Assembly: GCA_963827425.1 (NCBI GenBank)
Contig: CAWHAQ010000002.1
Location: 515,106-579,105, forward strand
Origin: an uncultured beta proteobacterium
Lineage (GTDB): Bacteria; Pseudomonadota; Gammaproteobacteria; Burkholderiales; Usitatibacteraceae
Direction of reading: 5' to 3'
DNA: 64,000 bases
The notes under the pieces were generated by a model. It saw only the letters and a list, made by a program, of their open reading frames with translations. It was not told the origin of the DNA and ran no database searches. This document shows, one piece after another, positions 16,909-26,415 of the stretch (positions within the stretch are counted from its first letter, which is position 1; every line of letters begins with the position of its first letter). The translations under genes were made by a program, and so were the position numbers.

Positions 16909-17693
16909 ACATGGTCGGCATCGGCCGCCGGAGCTTCGGTGCGCTCGCCATGCTTTCCCTCGCGGCCACCGCAGCGGGCGCCGACATCCACGTGATGATC
17001 TCGGCGGGCTTCCACGGCGTCTACTCGGAGCTCGGCCCCGCGTTCGAGCGCGCGAGCGGCAACCGGCTCGTGACGACGCGCGGGCCGTCGATGGGCGATT
17101 CGCCCGAGGCCATCCCGGCGCGGCTCGGGCGCGGCGAGCCGGCGGACGTGGTGATACTCGACGGAAAGGCGGCGGATGAGCTCGTGAAGAAGGGGCTCGC
17201 CCGCGCCGGCACCCAGGTCGTGCTCGCGCGCTCGCTGGTCGGCATGGTGGTGCGATCCGGCGCACCGAAGCCCGACATCGCGAGCGTCGATGCATTCAAG
17301 CGCACGCTGCTCGAGGCGAAGTCCATCGCCTATTCCGACAGCGGCAGCGGCACGTACCTTTCGAGCACGCTCTTTCCGAAGCTCGGCATCGCGGAGCAGT
17401 TGGCGGGCAAGAGCCGCAAGGTGCGCGGCCCGCCGTCGGGCGAGCCGGTGGCGGCCGTGGTCGCGCGCGGCGACGCCGAGATCGGATTCCAGCAGCTGAG
17501 CGAGCTGATCCACGTGCCCGGCGTCGATTTCGTCGGCGCCATTCCCGCGGAGCTGCAGCCCGGATTCACGTTCGCAGGCGTCGTCACGAAGGCGGCGCGC
17601 GAGCCCGAGGCCGCCGCGGCGCTGCTGCGCTACCTCTCATCCGCCGAAGCCGCGCCCGCCATCACGAAGGCCGGGCTCGCGCCGCCGCCCTGA
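16905..17693 (+). CDS. ModA-like ABC substrate-binding protein
   Basis: Signal peptide; GPSMG...IAYSDSGSG...IGFQQLSEL. Confidence 0.8.
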   Translation: MNMVGIGRRSFGALAMLSLAATAAGADIHVMISAGFHGVYSELGPAFERASGNRLVTTRGPSMGDSPEAIPARLGRGEPADVVILDGKAADELVKKGLARAGTQVVLARSLVGMVVRSGAPKPDIASVDAFKRTLLEAKSIAYSDSGSGTYLSSTLFPKLGIAEQLAGKSRKVRGPPSGEPVAAVVARGDAEIGFQQLSELIHVPGVDFVGAIPAELQPGFTFAGVVTKAAREPEAAAALLRYLSSAEAAPAITKAGLAPPP

Positions 17694-17720
17694 CGACCCA
17701 CGCCGCCGAGGAGACCTGCG

Positions 17721-18098
17721 ATGACAACCATCATGCAGACCCGCGCCATCAACCTCCGGGAGAAGCTCGCGAAAATCGGCGAGCAATGGAGGCCGCGGGT
17801 CGTCGCGGAGATGAACGACTACCAGTTCAAGCTCGTGAAGCTGCAGGGCGAGTTCGTGTGGCACGAGCACAAGGACACCGACGAGGTCTTCCTGGTGCTC
17901 GCGGGCGAGATGCAGGTCGGCTTCCGCGATCGCGACGTGACGCTGAAGGCGGGTGAGCTCTTCGTCGTCCCGCGCGGCGTCGAGCACATCACGCGTGCGA
18001 TGGACGAGTGCCACCTGATGCTGATCGAGCCGCGCGGCGTGAAGAATACGGGTGACGTGGACGGGCCCATGACCCAGCCGAATGACGTCTGGGTCTAG
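17721..18098 (+). CDS. Cupin domain protein
   Basis: GEFVWHEH..TDE.F...VPRGVEH. Confidence 0.88.
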   Translation: MTTIMQTRAINLREKLAKIGEQWRPRVVAEMNDYQFKLVKLQGEFVWHEHKDTDEVFLVLAGEMQVGFRDRDVTLKAGELFVVPRGVEHITRAMDECHLMLIEPRGVKNTGDVDGPMTQPNDVWV

Positions 18099-18109
18099 CG
18101 CGGGGCGAT

Positions 18110-18385
18110 ATGGCGCTGTACATGGTGATCGAGCGCTACCGTAACGGCGACGCGCTTCCCGTCTATCGGCGGTTCGCCGAGAAGGGCCGCATGGCGCCCG
18201 AGGGCCTCGCCTACGTCACGAGCTGGGTCGACGAGCGGCTCGCGACCTGCTGGCAGGTGATGGAGACCGGCGACCGCGCGCTGCTCGAGCGCTGGATGGA
18301 CAACTGGAAGGACCTCGTCGAGTTCGAGGTCCATCCGGTGCTCACGTCGCAGGAAGCGGCGAAGCGCGCGCGCGAAGCGCCGTGA
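18110..18385 (+). CDS. DUF3303-like protein
   Basis: YMVIE...KGRM.PEGL.Y..SW...CWQVME...W.DLVEFE. Confidence 0.8.
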   Translation: MALYMVIERYRNGDALPVYRRFAEKGRMAPEGLAYVTSWVDERLATCWQVMETGDRALLERWMDNWKDLVEFEVHPVLTSQEAAKRAREAP

Positions 18386-18408
18386 GCTAGGACAAGAAGG
18401 GTCTGACC

Positions 18409-18855
18409 ATGCTGATCCGTGGCAGTTGCCATTGCGGCAACATCGCGTTCCGGCTCGACTGGAGCCCGGAACCCGCCGAGATTCCCGCCCGCGCATGCGA
18501 CTGCACGTTCTGCGTGAAGCACGGCGGCGTGTGGACCTCGAACCCGCTGGGCGTGCTGGAGGTCGCGGTGCGCGAGCCGTCCAGGGTATCGAAATATGCG
18601 TTCGGCACCAAGACCGCCCACTTCCACGTCTGCGCCACCTGTGGCGCGGTGCCGATCGTCACCAGCGATATCGCTGGCCGCCTCTACGCGGTCGTCAACG
18701 TGAAGGCCTTCGATAACGTGGACCGTGCGATGGTGCGGTCCGGGCCGGCCTCGTTCGAGCGCGAGGACGTGGGCGCGCGCCTGGACCGCCGCAAGGGCCG
18801 CTGGATCGCCTCGGTGCGCTTCGTCGACCGCCTGATGGAAGGCGTCGCGGAGTAA
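18409..18855 (+). CDS. GFA/CENP-V family zinc-binding protein
   Basis: GSCHCG...CDCTFC...CATCG. Confidence 0.85.
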   Translation: MLIRGSCHCGNIAFRLDWSPEPAEIPARACDCTFCVKHGGVWTSNPLGVLEVAVREPSRVSKYAFGTKTAHFHVCATCGAVPIVTSDIAGRLYAVVNVKAFDNVDRAMVRSGPASFEREDVGARLDRRKGRWIASVRFVDRLMEGVAE

Positions 18856-18914
18856 GATAGGCGGCATGCTCGGCGGCCTCTGGCGCAAGCGCCGCCTCAC
18901 GCGAGGTGGCTTCC

Positions 18915-19340
18915 ATGAGCTCGAAAGACAGTCGCGGTCAAACGGTCGAGGAGAAGGCGTCGTACCACCTCGCGACGGAGGAGGGGCACGGCTACCTCCA
19001 CGCGCGCGTCACGGGAGCACGCACGCCGGAAAACGCGCAGCGCTTCCTCAGGGAGGCCTACGAGGAATGCGTGCGCAAGGGCCATGCCGCGCTGCTGCTC
19101 GAGATGGGCCTCACCGGTGCGCCGATGGACATGGCGACAGTGTTCCGCGTGATCGCCAACCGCGCGCCCGACGGTGCGAAGCTCAAGCGCATCGCGTACA
19201 TCGAACCGTCGGCCACCAACATCCCGAGCGCGCTCTTCGCCGAGACCGTGGCCAACAATCGCGGCGTGAACGTGCGCTTCTTCAAGGACCTCGCGGCCGC
19301 GGACCGCTGGCTCACGAGCGAAGGGCGCAAGAAAGCCTGA
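18915..19340 (+). CDS. Hypothetical protein (SpoIIAA/STAS-like)
   Basis: FAETVA.NRG.NV..F.D...A..WL C-terminus. Confidence 0.7.
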   Translation: MSSKDSRGQTVEEKASYHLATEEGHGYLHARVTGARTPENAQRFLREAYEECVRKGHAALLLEMGLTGAPMDMATVFRVIANRAPDGAKLKRIAYIEPSATNIPSALFAETVANNRGVNVRFFKDLAAADRWLTSEGRKKA

Positions 19341-19418
19341 GCGCGGCGCGGTGCCAGGATGGAGCGCGGGTTGGAGCGATTTGCGTTTCAGTGCATGATC
19401 CGGGGCGGGAGAGAGGCC

Positions 19419-19919
19419 ATGGTCAAGCTGGGCCGGTGGGGTGTTGCGGCGCTCGCCGCGCCGTGGCTCGCCGCCGCGGCGCCGGTGCAGGCTCCGCACG
19501 CGGGCGTGCAGAACACACCCGACATGACGTTCGCGAGCTTCGCAGGCATGCCGGCGTGCATGGTGGGCGCCGTCGTCGACGGCGATCCCGCCAAGGGCGC
19601 CTTCAGCATCGCGGTGCGCGCGTCGGCAGGCTGCTCGGTCCCGTGGCACTGGCATACCGCCAACGAGCGCCTGGTGATGGTGACAGGAACCGTGCACGTC
19701 CAGATGAAGGACGGCAAGTCCCTGCAGCTCTCGCCCGGCGGCTTCTCGCTGATGCCGTCGCGGCACCAGCACCGCTTCTCGTGCGCCACGAAATGTATGC
19801 TCTACGTGCAGTCCGACGCGCCGTTCGACCTGCACTACGTCGACACACAGGGCAACGAGATCCCGGCCGAGCAGGCGTTGAAGGGCGCTGGCGGCAAGAA
19901 GGCGAAGAAGCCGAAGTGA
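19419..19919 (+). CDS. Exported cupin (DUF4437-like)
   Basis: Signal peptide; PWHWHT..E...H motif. Confidence 0.78.
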   Translation: MVKLGRWGVAALAAPWLAAAAPVQAPHAGVQNTPDMTFASFAGMPACMVGAVVDGDPAKGAFSIAVRASAGCSVPWHWHTANERLVMVTGTVHVQMKDGKSLQLSPGGFSLMPSRHQHRFSCATKCMLYVQSDAPFDLHYVDTQGNEIPAEQALKGAGGKKAKKPK

Positions 19920-19931
19920 GGCCCTGACAGC

Positions 19932-20540
19932 ATGGAGGCCGCGAAGGTCCGGCTCGTCGTCACGCTTGCGGCGCTGCTGCTCGCGCTCGTGCACATCGTG
20001 TTCCCGTGGATCGCGATCGACGGGGTGGTCCTCATGCTGATCGTGATTGCCGTGGTGCCGTGGCTGGCGCCCCTCTTCCGCTCCCTCGAGCTGCCCGGCG
20101 GCTGGAAAGTCGAGTTCCGCGACCTGCAGAAGGTCGCCGCCAAGGCCGACGACGCGGGGCTGCTCGCGCGGCCCTCCGCCGCGGCGCACGCGGCCCACGG
20201 CGCGGCCGGGAGCGCGCCCGACTACGCCTTCCAGTCGGTCGCCGACCGCGACCCCAACCTCGCGCTCGCGGGCCTGCGCATCGAGCTGGAGAAACGCCTC
20301 GTGGACCTCTGCCGGCGCCACGGGGTCGGCACCACGATGCAGGGCATGGGACGGCTGCTGCGCGAGCTCGCGAAGATCGGCGTGCTCAATACCGACGAGG
20401 AAGCGGTGCTCGCGGACCTCGTGCAGATGCTCAACGCCGCGGTGCACGGCGCGGAAGTGGATCCGCGCGCCACCGAGTGGGCGATGGACGTGGGCCCGCA
20501 GCTCATCCTCGCGCTCGAGGAAAAGCTCACCGGCCCCTGA
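19932..20540 (+). CDS. Membrane-anchored hypothetical protein
   Basis: Two TM helices then DPNLALAGLRIELEKRL...NAAVHG. Confidence 0.75.
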   Translation: MEAAKVRLVVTLAALLLALVHIVFPWIAIDGVVLMLIVIAVVPWLAPLFRSLELPGGWKVEFRDLQKVAAKADDAGLLARPSAAAHAAHGAAGSAPDYAFQSVADRDPNLALAGLRIELEKRLVDLCRRHGVGTTMQGMGRLLRELAKIGVLNTDEEAVLADLVQMLNAAVHGAEVDPRATEWAMDVGPQLILALEEKLTGP

Positions 20541-20567
20541 CGAATTTCAACGGAGGAGGAGAACCCT

Positions 20568-21173
20568 ATGAAGCACGCAACTTCGATCATCGCAACGGCG
20601 GCGCTGGCGGCCACCCTCGCGGGCTGCGCCGCGATGCACGGCGGCGAGAGCGGCGGCTGGACCACGCTCGTCGACGGCGCCCGCGGCCTCGACAACTTCA
20701 ACCGCGTGGGCGACGCCAACTGGCGGGCCGAGGACGGCGCCATCGTGGCCGACCACAAGGACTCGAAGCCCAGCGCCTTCCTGATGACGAAGGAGTCGTA
20801 CGGCGACTTCGAGCTGCGCGCCGAGTTCTGGGTGAGCCACGACGCCAACAGCGGCATCTACATGCGCTGCGCCAACGGCGCCGCGCCCACCGACACCACC
20901 TGCTACGAGGCCAACATCTTCGACGAGCGCCCCGACCCGTCCTACGGCACCGGCGCCATCACCAACTTCGTGAAGGTGCACGAGCTGAACCGCGCCGGCG
21001 GGCAATGGAACCGCTTCGACATCACCGTGAAGGGCAGCCGCATCGAGGTGCGCATGAACGGCAAGCAGACCGCGGTCTACGAGGACGCCACCAAGATGAC
21101 GAACGGGCCCTTCGGCCTGCAGTACGCAGGGGGCGTGGTGAAGTTCCGCAAGGTGGAGATCAGGCCGCTGTAG
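20568..21173 (+). CDS. DUF1080 (3-keto-disaccharide hydrolase-like) lipoprotein
   Basis: Lipobox LAGC; YGDFEL...ANSGIY...WN...FR. Confidence 0.85.
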   Translation: MKHATSIIATAALAATLAGCAAMHGGESGGWTTLVDGARGLDNFNRVGDANWRAEDGAIVADHKDSKPSAFLMTKESYGDFELRAEFWVSHDANSGIYMRCANGAAPTDTTCYEANIFDERPDPSYGTGAITNFVKVHELNRAGGQWNRFDITVKGSRIEVRMNGKQTAVYEDATKMTNGPFGLQYAGGVVKFRKVEIRPL

Positions 21174-21195
21174 TGATCTTCGGCCCGGGCTTGCC

Positions 21196-21552
21196 ATGAC
21201 GCGCTCGACGAAGCTCAAGGTCGCGAGCGCGCTCATGGGCCTGGGCGTGGTGCCGATGATGCTGTGGTTCGCGATGCTGGTGAACGCGGTGCACGAGCTG
21301 CGCGCGGGCGAGTTCGACTTGTCCGACGTGATGTTCACCGGCGTGGTGGGCATGCTCGCGTACCTCGCCACGCTGGTGGTCGGCGGCGCGGGCGCGCTCT
21401 GGTCGCTGGGTCTCAGGCGCGACGCTCCCGATTCCCCGCGCCGCGTCGCGCGCAACCTCGCCTGGCTCGTCGTCGTCGTGCTGGCGGTTCCGTGGATGGC
21501 GATCCTCGGGCTGGTTGGCGATGCGCGCGTTCGGCTGACGCGCCCGGCGTAG
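21196..21552 (+). CDS. Membrane hypothetical protein
   Basis: Three hydrophobic segments. Confidence 0.65.
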   Translation: MTRSTKLKVASALMGLGVVPMMLWFAMLVNAVHELRAGEFDLSDVMFTGVVGMLAYLATLVVGGAGALWSLGLRRDAPDSPRRVARNLAWLVVVVLAVPWMAILGLVGDARVRLTRPA

Positions 21553-21562
21553 GATAAGAGCC

Positions 21563-22172
21563 ATGGCTACCACGACCCCGACGCGCGCCGCGGCGCCCGC
21601 GCCCATCAGCCGCTATCCGGTGCCCGACCTCGCCGCGCTGCCCGAGGACTTGCGGGCGCGCGTGCTCGAGGTGCAGGAGAAGGCCGGCTTCGTCCCCAAC
21701 GTGTTCCTGGCGCTCGCGCACCGGCCCGACGAGTTCCGCGCCTTCTTCGCCTACCACGACGCGCTGATGGAAAAGCCCGGCGGCCTCACCAAGGCCGAGC
21801 GGGAGATGATCGTGGTCGCGACGTCGGGTGCGAACCAATGCCTCTACTGCGTAGTGGCCCATGGCGCGATCCTGCGCATCCGCGCGAAGAACCGGCTCGT
21901 CGCCGATCAGGTTGCGACCGAACTACCGCAAGGCGGACGTCACGCCGCGGCAGAAGGCGATGCTCGACTTCGCGATGAAGGTGTCGCGCGAATCGGAGGT
22001 GGTCGGCGAGCCCGACTTCGCCGTGCTCCATGCGCACGGGTTCACCGAGGAGGACGCGTGGGACATCGGCGCGATCGCCGCCTTCTTCGCGCTCTCCAAC
22101 CGCATGGCCAACCTGATCGGCCTGCGGCCCAACGAGGAGCTCTACGCCATGGGACGCGGCGAGGCCCCGTGA
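21563..22172 (+). CDS. AhpD-like peroxidase-related enzyme (indel near 21919)
   Basis: GFVPNVF...EREMI...NQCLYCVVAHG; C-terminus in ORF 21861-22172. Confidence 0.85.
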
Positions 22173-22741
22173 CGGCGCGGCATGACATCCGGCTCGCCAC
22201 GCCCGCCGACGCACCCGGCATCCACGCGATCTATGCGCCGGTGGTGCGCGACACCGCGATCTCCTTCGAGCTCGAGGTGCCGGATGTCGAGGCGATGGCC
22301 ACGCGCATCGCGGCCACGCTCGAGATGCATCCGTGGCTGGTGTGGGAGGACGGCGGGCGTATCGCGGGCTACGTCTACGGCAGCAGGCATCGCGAGCGGG
22401 CCGCGTACCAATGGTCGGCGGACGTGACCGCCTACGTGCATCCCGATTTCCGGCGGCGCGGCATCGGCGGCGCGCTCTACCGCGTGCTGATCGCCCTGCT
22501 GCGCGCGCAGGGCTTCTGCAACGCCTATGCCGGCATCACGCTTCCCAACGCCGCGAGCGTCGCGTTGCACGAGTCGATGGGCTTCACGCCGCTTGCCGTG
22601 TATCGCGGGGTCGGATACAAGCTCGGGCGCTGGCACGACGTGGGGCTGTGGCAGCAGCGCCTCGCGGAGCTGCCCGCCGCGCCGCGGCCGCCGCGAACCG
22701 TCGGCGAGGTGTGGGACGCCGCTAGGTCGCAGCCGGGGTAG
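22169..22741 (+). CDS. Phosphinothricin/arsinothricin N-acetyltransferase-like GNAT
   Basis: ISFE...PWLV...R.AYQWS...GITLPNAASVALHE..GF...GYKLGRWHDV. Confidence 0.85.
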   Translation: MTARHDIRLATPADAPGIHAIYAPVVRDTAISFELEVPDVEAMATRIAATLEMHPWLVWEDGGRIAGYVYGSRHRERAAYQWSADVTAYVHPDFRRRGIGGALYRVLIALLRAQGFCNAYAGITLPNAASVALHESMGFTPLAVYRGVGYKLGRWHDVGLWQQRLAELPAAPRPPRTVGEVWDAARSQPG

Positions 22742-23389
22742 GTCTCGGGTACTCGACCAGCTTGCCGCCTTGCGCTCGAAGGCATCGCGCTTGGCGAGCA
22801 GGCGCTCCTGGCGCCTGGAGATGAGCGCGTAGTGGCGCAGCTCCACCAGGCGGTCGTGCGTGCTCCAGCACGACTTCTCCGCCGTGACCCATTCCGCGGG
22901 ATCGACGCGGCGCATGTCGAACGAGGTCGAATAGCTGCGCAGCGTCTTGTGGCCGCGCTTGTTCGAATACTCGTGGAAGTAGGAGAGGGCCAGCTCGCGC
23001 AGCGACCGGTAGATGGGGTCGCGGTAGCGCAGCGGCGCGCCGTTGGTCTTGGAGATCGCGCCCCAGGCGCCGTCGCGGCGGAAGAGCGCGATCACGTGCG
23101 GGTAGTCGCTCTCGTGGCAGTCGAGGTGCATCACGAGCGGGGGCTCGCCGTTGACCCACATCGCGCAGGCCGCGAGCATCGCGCCCTCGATGCAGTGCGC
23201 GCGGCGCTGGCGCAGCACCTCGCGCACCGAGAGCACCGTCTCGCCGCCGATCTCGTGGTTGATGGGAATCGCGTTGATGAACGCCTGGACCTTCTCCGGG
23301 GACGAGAGCCGGCGCAGGGCGGCGTACTCGGCCTGGTTGAGCCCGAGGTCGGCGCGGCGTGCGGCACGTCTGCTGGTGAGGTTGGACAT
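22722..23389 (-). CDS. Conserved hypothetical protein (papain/transglutaminase-like Cys-His)
   Basis: AHCIEGA...HVIALF...WGAISKTN...LRYRDPIYR; probable indel near the 3' end. Confidence 0.75.
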
Positions 23390-23489
23390 GGCTCGTTTCG
23401 GCTCCGAGATTAGCCCGCGGGCAACCCCGGCAGGGGAAATTTATCCGCGTTATCGGGAGGAGGTTTCGGCGCCTCCGTCGCCCTGGGAG

Positions 23490-23518
23490 ATGGTAGGAAT
23501 TCCGGGCCGGGCTTTCAA
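23490..23518 (-). promoter_or_regulatory. sigma70-type promoter TTGAAA-17-TACCAT
   Basis: Near-consensus hexamers with 17 bp spacing about 100 nt upstream of the ATG at 23389. Confidence 0.6.
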
Positions 23519-24288
23519 GCGGATACGCATATCCGGCGCTCCCCGGCGGGGGTCGGCAGGGCGAGCACCTCGATCGGGCGGCCATAGAGGGCGGTCAACG
23601 CGGCGCCGGTGACCACCGACGCGGTCGGGCCGGAGGCCGTGACCGCGCCGTCCTTGAGGAGCACCACGCGCCCGGCGATGCGCAGCGCGTGCTCGGGGTG
23701 ATGGGTGGAAAAGAGCACGCTCTTGCCCTCCACGCGAAGGCGCGCGATCTCGTCCAGGATGAGCGACTGGTTGCCGAAGTCGAGGTTGGCGGCCGGCTCG
23801 TCCATCACCACGCACGCGGCTTCGGTGGCGAGCGCGCGGGCGATGAGGGCGAGGCGGCGCTCGCCGCCGCTCACGCGGTGGAACGGGCGATGGGCGAGGG
23901 CGCCGATGCCGAGGCGCTCCAGCGCGGCGAGCGCTGCCGTGCGGTCGCGCGCACCCGGATGCGCGAATGCCCCGCGGTGGGCGGCGCGCCCCATCTCCAC
24001 CATCTCGAGCAGCGTGAAGTCGAAATCGGTGGCGGTGTCCTGCGGCACGTAGGCGAGGCGCATGGCGCGCGCGCGCGCTGGCCAGGTCGCGAGCGCCTGG
24101 TTGTCGAGCAGCACCTCGCCGGCGAGCGGCGCGAGCAAGCCCAGCAGCGTGCGCGCGAGGGTGCTCTTGCCGCTGCCGTTGGGACCCAGCAGGCACACGA
24201 TCTCGCCCGAGGCGATGGCGAGGTCGACCCCGCGCCCGACGGTGCGGTCGCGGAAGCCGTAGGCGAGGGCGCGCGCGGCGAGCATCAT
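23515..24288 (-). CDS. Type II ABC transporter ATPase (FepC/MolC-like)
   Basis: GPNGSGKS, VSGGE, VMDEP motifs. Confidence 0.88.
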   Translation of the reverse strand: MMLAARALAYGFRDRTVGRGVDLAIASGEIVCLLGPNGSGKSTLARTLLGLLAPLAGEVLLDNQALATWPARARAMRLAYVPQDTATDFDFTLLEMVEMGRAAHRGAFAHPGARDRTAALAALERLGIGALAHRPFHRVSGGERRLALIARALATEAACVVMDEPAANLDFGNQSLILDEIARLRVEGKSVLFSTHHPEHALRIAGRVVLLKDGAVTASGPTASVVTGAALTALYGRPIEVLALPTPAGERRICVSA

Positions 24289-25307
24289 GGCGCGCGGCGG
24301 AACGTCGGCGGCCAGCAGCGCGATGAAGACCGGCGCGCCCACGAGCGCGGTGACGATGCCCGGCGGGATCTCGGAGGCGAAGAGGCTGCGGCAGAGCGTG
24401 TCCACCACGAGCATGAAACCCGCGCCCAGCACGAGTGCCAGCGGGAAGACCCGCGCGAAGGGCGCGCCGGCGAGCATGCGCGCGGCGTGCGGCACGAGGA
24501 GCCCGATCCAGCCGATGGTGCCGGCGATCGCGACCGCCGCGGCGGTGACGAGCGTGGAGGCGACGATCACGGCGATCCGCAGCCGTCCCACGTGGGCGCC
24601 GAGCGAGCGCGCCTCGTCCTCGGAGAGCGCGAGCAGGTCGATGCGCGAGCGCAGCAGGTAGAGCGGGATCAGCCCGACAGCAGCGGAACGGCGGCCACCG
24701 CGAGGTCGCCGGGCGCCACGGCGGCGAAGCTGCCGAGCAGCCAGAACGTGATCGCGGGCAACTGGTTGTACGGATCGGCCACGATCTTCACCAGCGCGAT
24801 GCCGGCGCCGAAGAGCGTGCCCACGACGACGCCCGCGAGGATCAGCGTGAGGAGCGGATCGCGCTCGCCCACGCGGCTCGCGATCGAGACCACCAGCGCC
24901 ACGGCCGCGATGCCGCCGGCGAACGCGCAGCGCCTGCGTCGCCGCGGCGGGCAGCGCGAAGAGCACCGCCACGCCCGCGCCCAGCGCGCAGCCCGAGGAG
25001 ACGCCGAGGATGTCGGGCGAGACGAGCGGATTGCGAAAGAGGCCCTGGAAGGCCGCGCCGGCGCCGGAGAGCGCGGCGCCCACGGCGAGGGCAGCCAGCA
25101 CGCGCGGCGCACGCACCTGGAGCACCACCGCATCCGCGTTGCTCGCGCCGCCGCACCGCCATGCACGAGCGCCGACCACAGCGCGCGCCACACCTCGGCC
25201 GCCGCGATCGGGAAACGCCCTACGGTGAGGCTCCATGCCGCGAGCGCCAGGAGCGCGGCGGCGGCCGCGCCGAGCGCGAGGCCGAAGCGCGCTGGCGGCA
25301 ACCTCAT
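24285..25307 (-). CDS. FecCD/MolB-like ABC permease (frameshifted)
   Basis: VRAPR...QGLFRNPLVSPDILGVSSG...EARSLG...IGWIGL..PH across frames. Confidence 0.85.
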
Positions 25308-26377
25308 CGCGGCACGGCGTCGGTTTCCAGCGCTTCGACGATGACGCCGGCGTGCCGCGCGGCGTAACCGGGAAGCCGTGCGACGCGTTGCCTGAACTCG
25401 CGACCCTTGAGGGTCTCGATCAGCGCGCGGATCGCGGGCGATTCGACCTCTTCCGCGCGGCAGGCGAGGTAATAGCGCTCGCTGCACACGGGCACGAAGC
25501 CGAGGCGGTACTCTTCGGCCGCCGCCTGCACCCCGAAGCCGGCGTCGGCCTGGCCGCCCGCGATGAGCGCGGCCACGGCGCCATGGGTGATCTCCTCGGC
25601 GTCGTAGCCTTGCAGGCGGGCGCGGTCCAGCCCTTCCGTGGAAATCAGGAACTCCAGGAGCGCGCGCGTGCCGGAGCCGCGCTGGCGATTGACCATCCGC
25701 ACGTCGCTCCGCGCGAAATCGCGCACCGAGCAGATGTCCTTGGGATTGCCGGCGCGCACGATGAGGCCCTGCACCCGGGTGGCGAAGGCGATCAGGCGGT
25801 GCGCTGGCAGCGGCAGGCATTCGCCGTAGCGGCGCGCCATGAGCTCGCCCAGGCGTCCCTCGGGCACGTGGAAGCCGGCGACGTCGCACTCGCCGCGGCG
25901 CAGCGCCGCGAGCGCGTCGAAGCTGCCCTTGTACTGCACCTCGAGCGCGCCCTGCGCCCCGTGCATCTCGCGCAGCACGCCCACCGCGAAGTCGTGGCTC
26001 GCGTGCATCACCAGGGCGGTGGACGGGGCGTCCCGCAGGGATTCGTTGATGGAGCGCTCGAAGTCGGCCGCGAGATTCTCGAGCTCGGGGGCGAGGCGCG
26101 CCTGCGCGCGGCGGGCGGCCCAGAGCAGGCGCTGGCCGAGCGGGGCGAGGCGCGTGCCGCGGCCGCGCGACTTCACCACCAGCGGCGCGCCGAAAAAACG
26201 CTCCCATTCCGCGACCAGGTTCCACGCGTGGCGGTACGAGAGTCCCGCGCCCTGCGCTCCGGCTGCGAGCCGGGATGTCTCCTCGACTCGCTCGAGCAAC
26301 GCCACGAGCTGGAAATCGAACTCGCGCTCGCCCTCGCGCCGGAAGCGCCACACCGGACGGATGTCGATGCGGATCAT
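25304..26377 (-). CDS. ModE-type HTH + periplasmic-binding-like domain regulator
   Basis: LSYRHAW...RGRGT HTH; ASHD...GS...NRQRGSGTR. Confidence 0.85.
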   Translation of the reverse strand: MIRIDIRPVWRFRREGEREFDFQLVALLERVEETSRLAAGAQGAGLSYRHAWNLVAEWERFFGAPLVVKSRGRGTRLAPLGQRLLWAARRAQARLAPELENLAADFERSINESLRDAPSTALVMHASHDFAVGVLREMHGAQGALEVQYKGSFDALAALRRGECDVAGFHVPEGRLGELMARRYGECLPLPAHRLIAFATRVQGLIVRAGNPKDICSVRDFARSDVRMVNRQRGSGTRALLEFLISTEGLDRARLQGYDAEEITHGAVAALIAGGQADAGFGVQAAAEEYRLGFVPVCSERYYLACRAEEVESPAIRALIETLKGREFRQRVARLPGYAARHAGVIVEALETDAVPR

Positions 26378-26415
26378 CGCGGCATTATGGCAGCCGGGCC
26401 ATGGCAGTGGTATAG

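Noticed and set aside
21563-22741. Apparent AhpD-GNAT fusion (392 aa ORF)
   Set aside because: Caused by an indel near 21919; the AhpD C-terminus is complete in another frame ending at 22172.
23454-23487. Moco or fluoride riboswitch
   Set aside because: Only short motifs resemble them from memory, the remaining conserved elements are absent, and the promoter position leaves no room for a full Moco aptamer.
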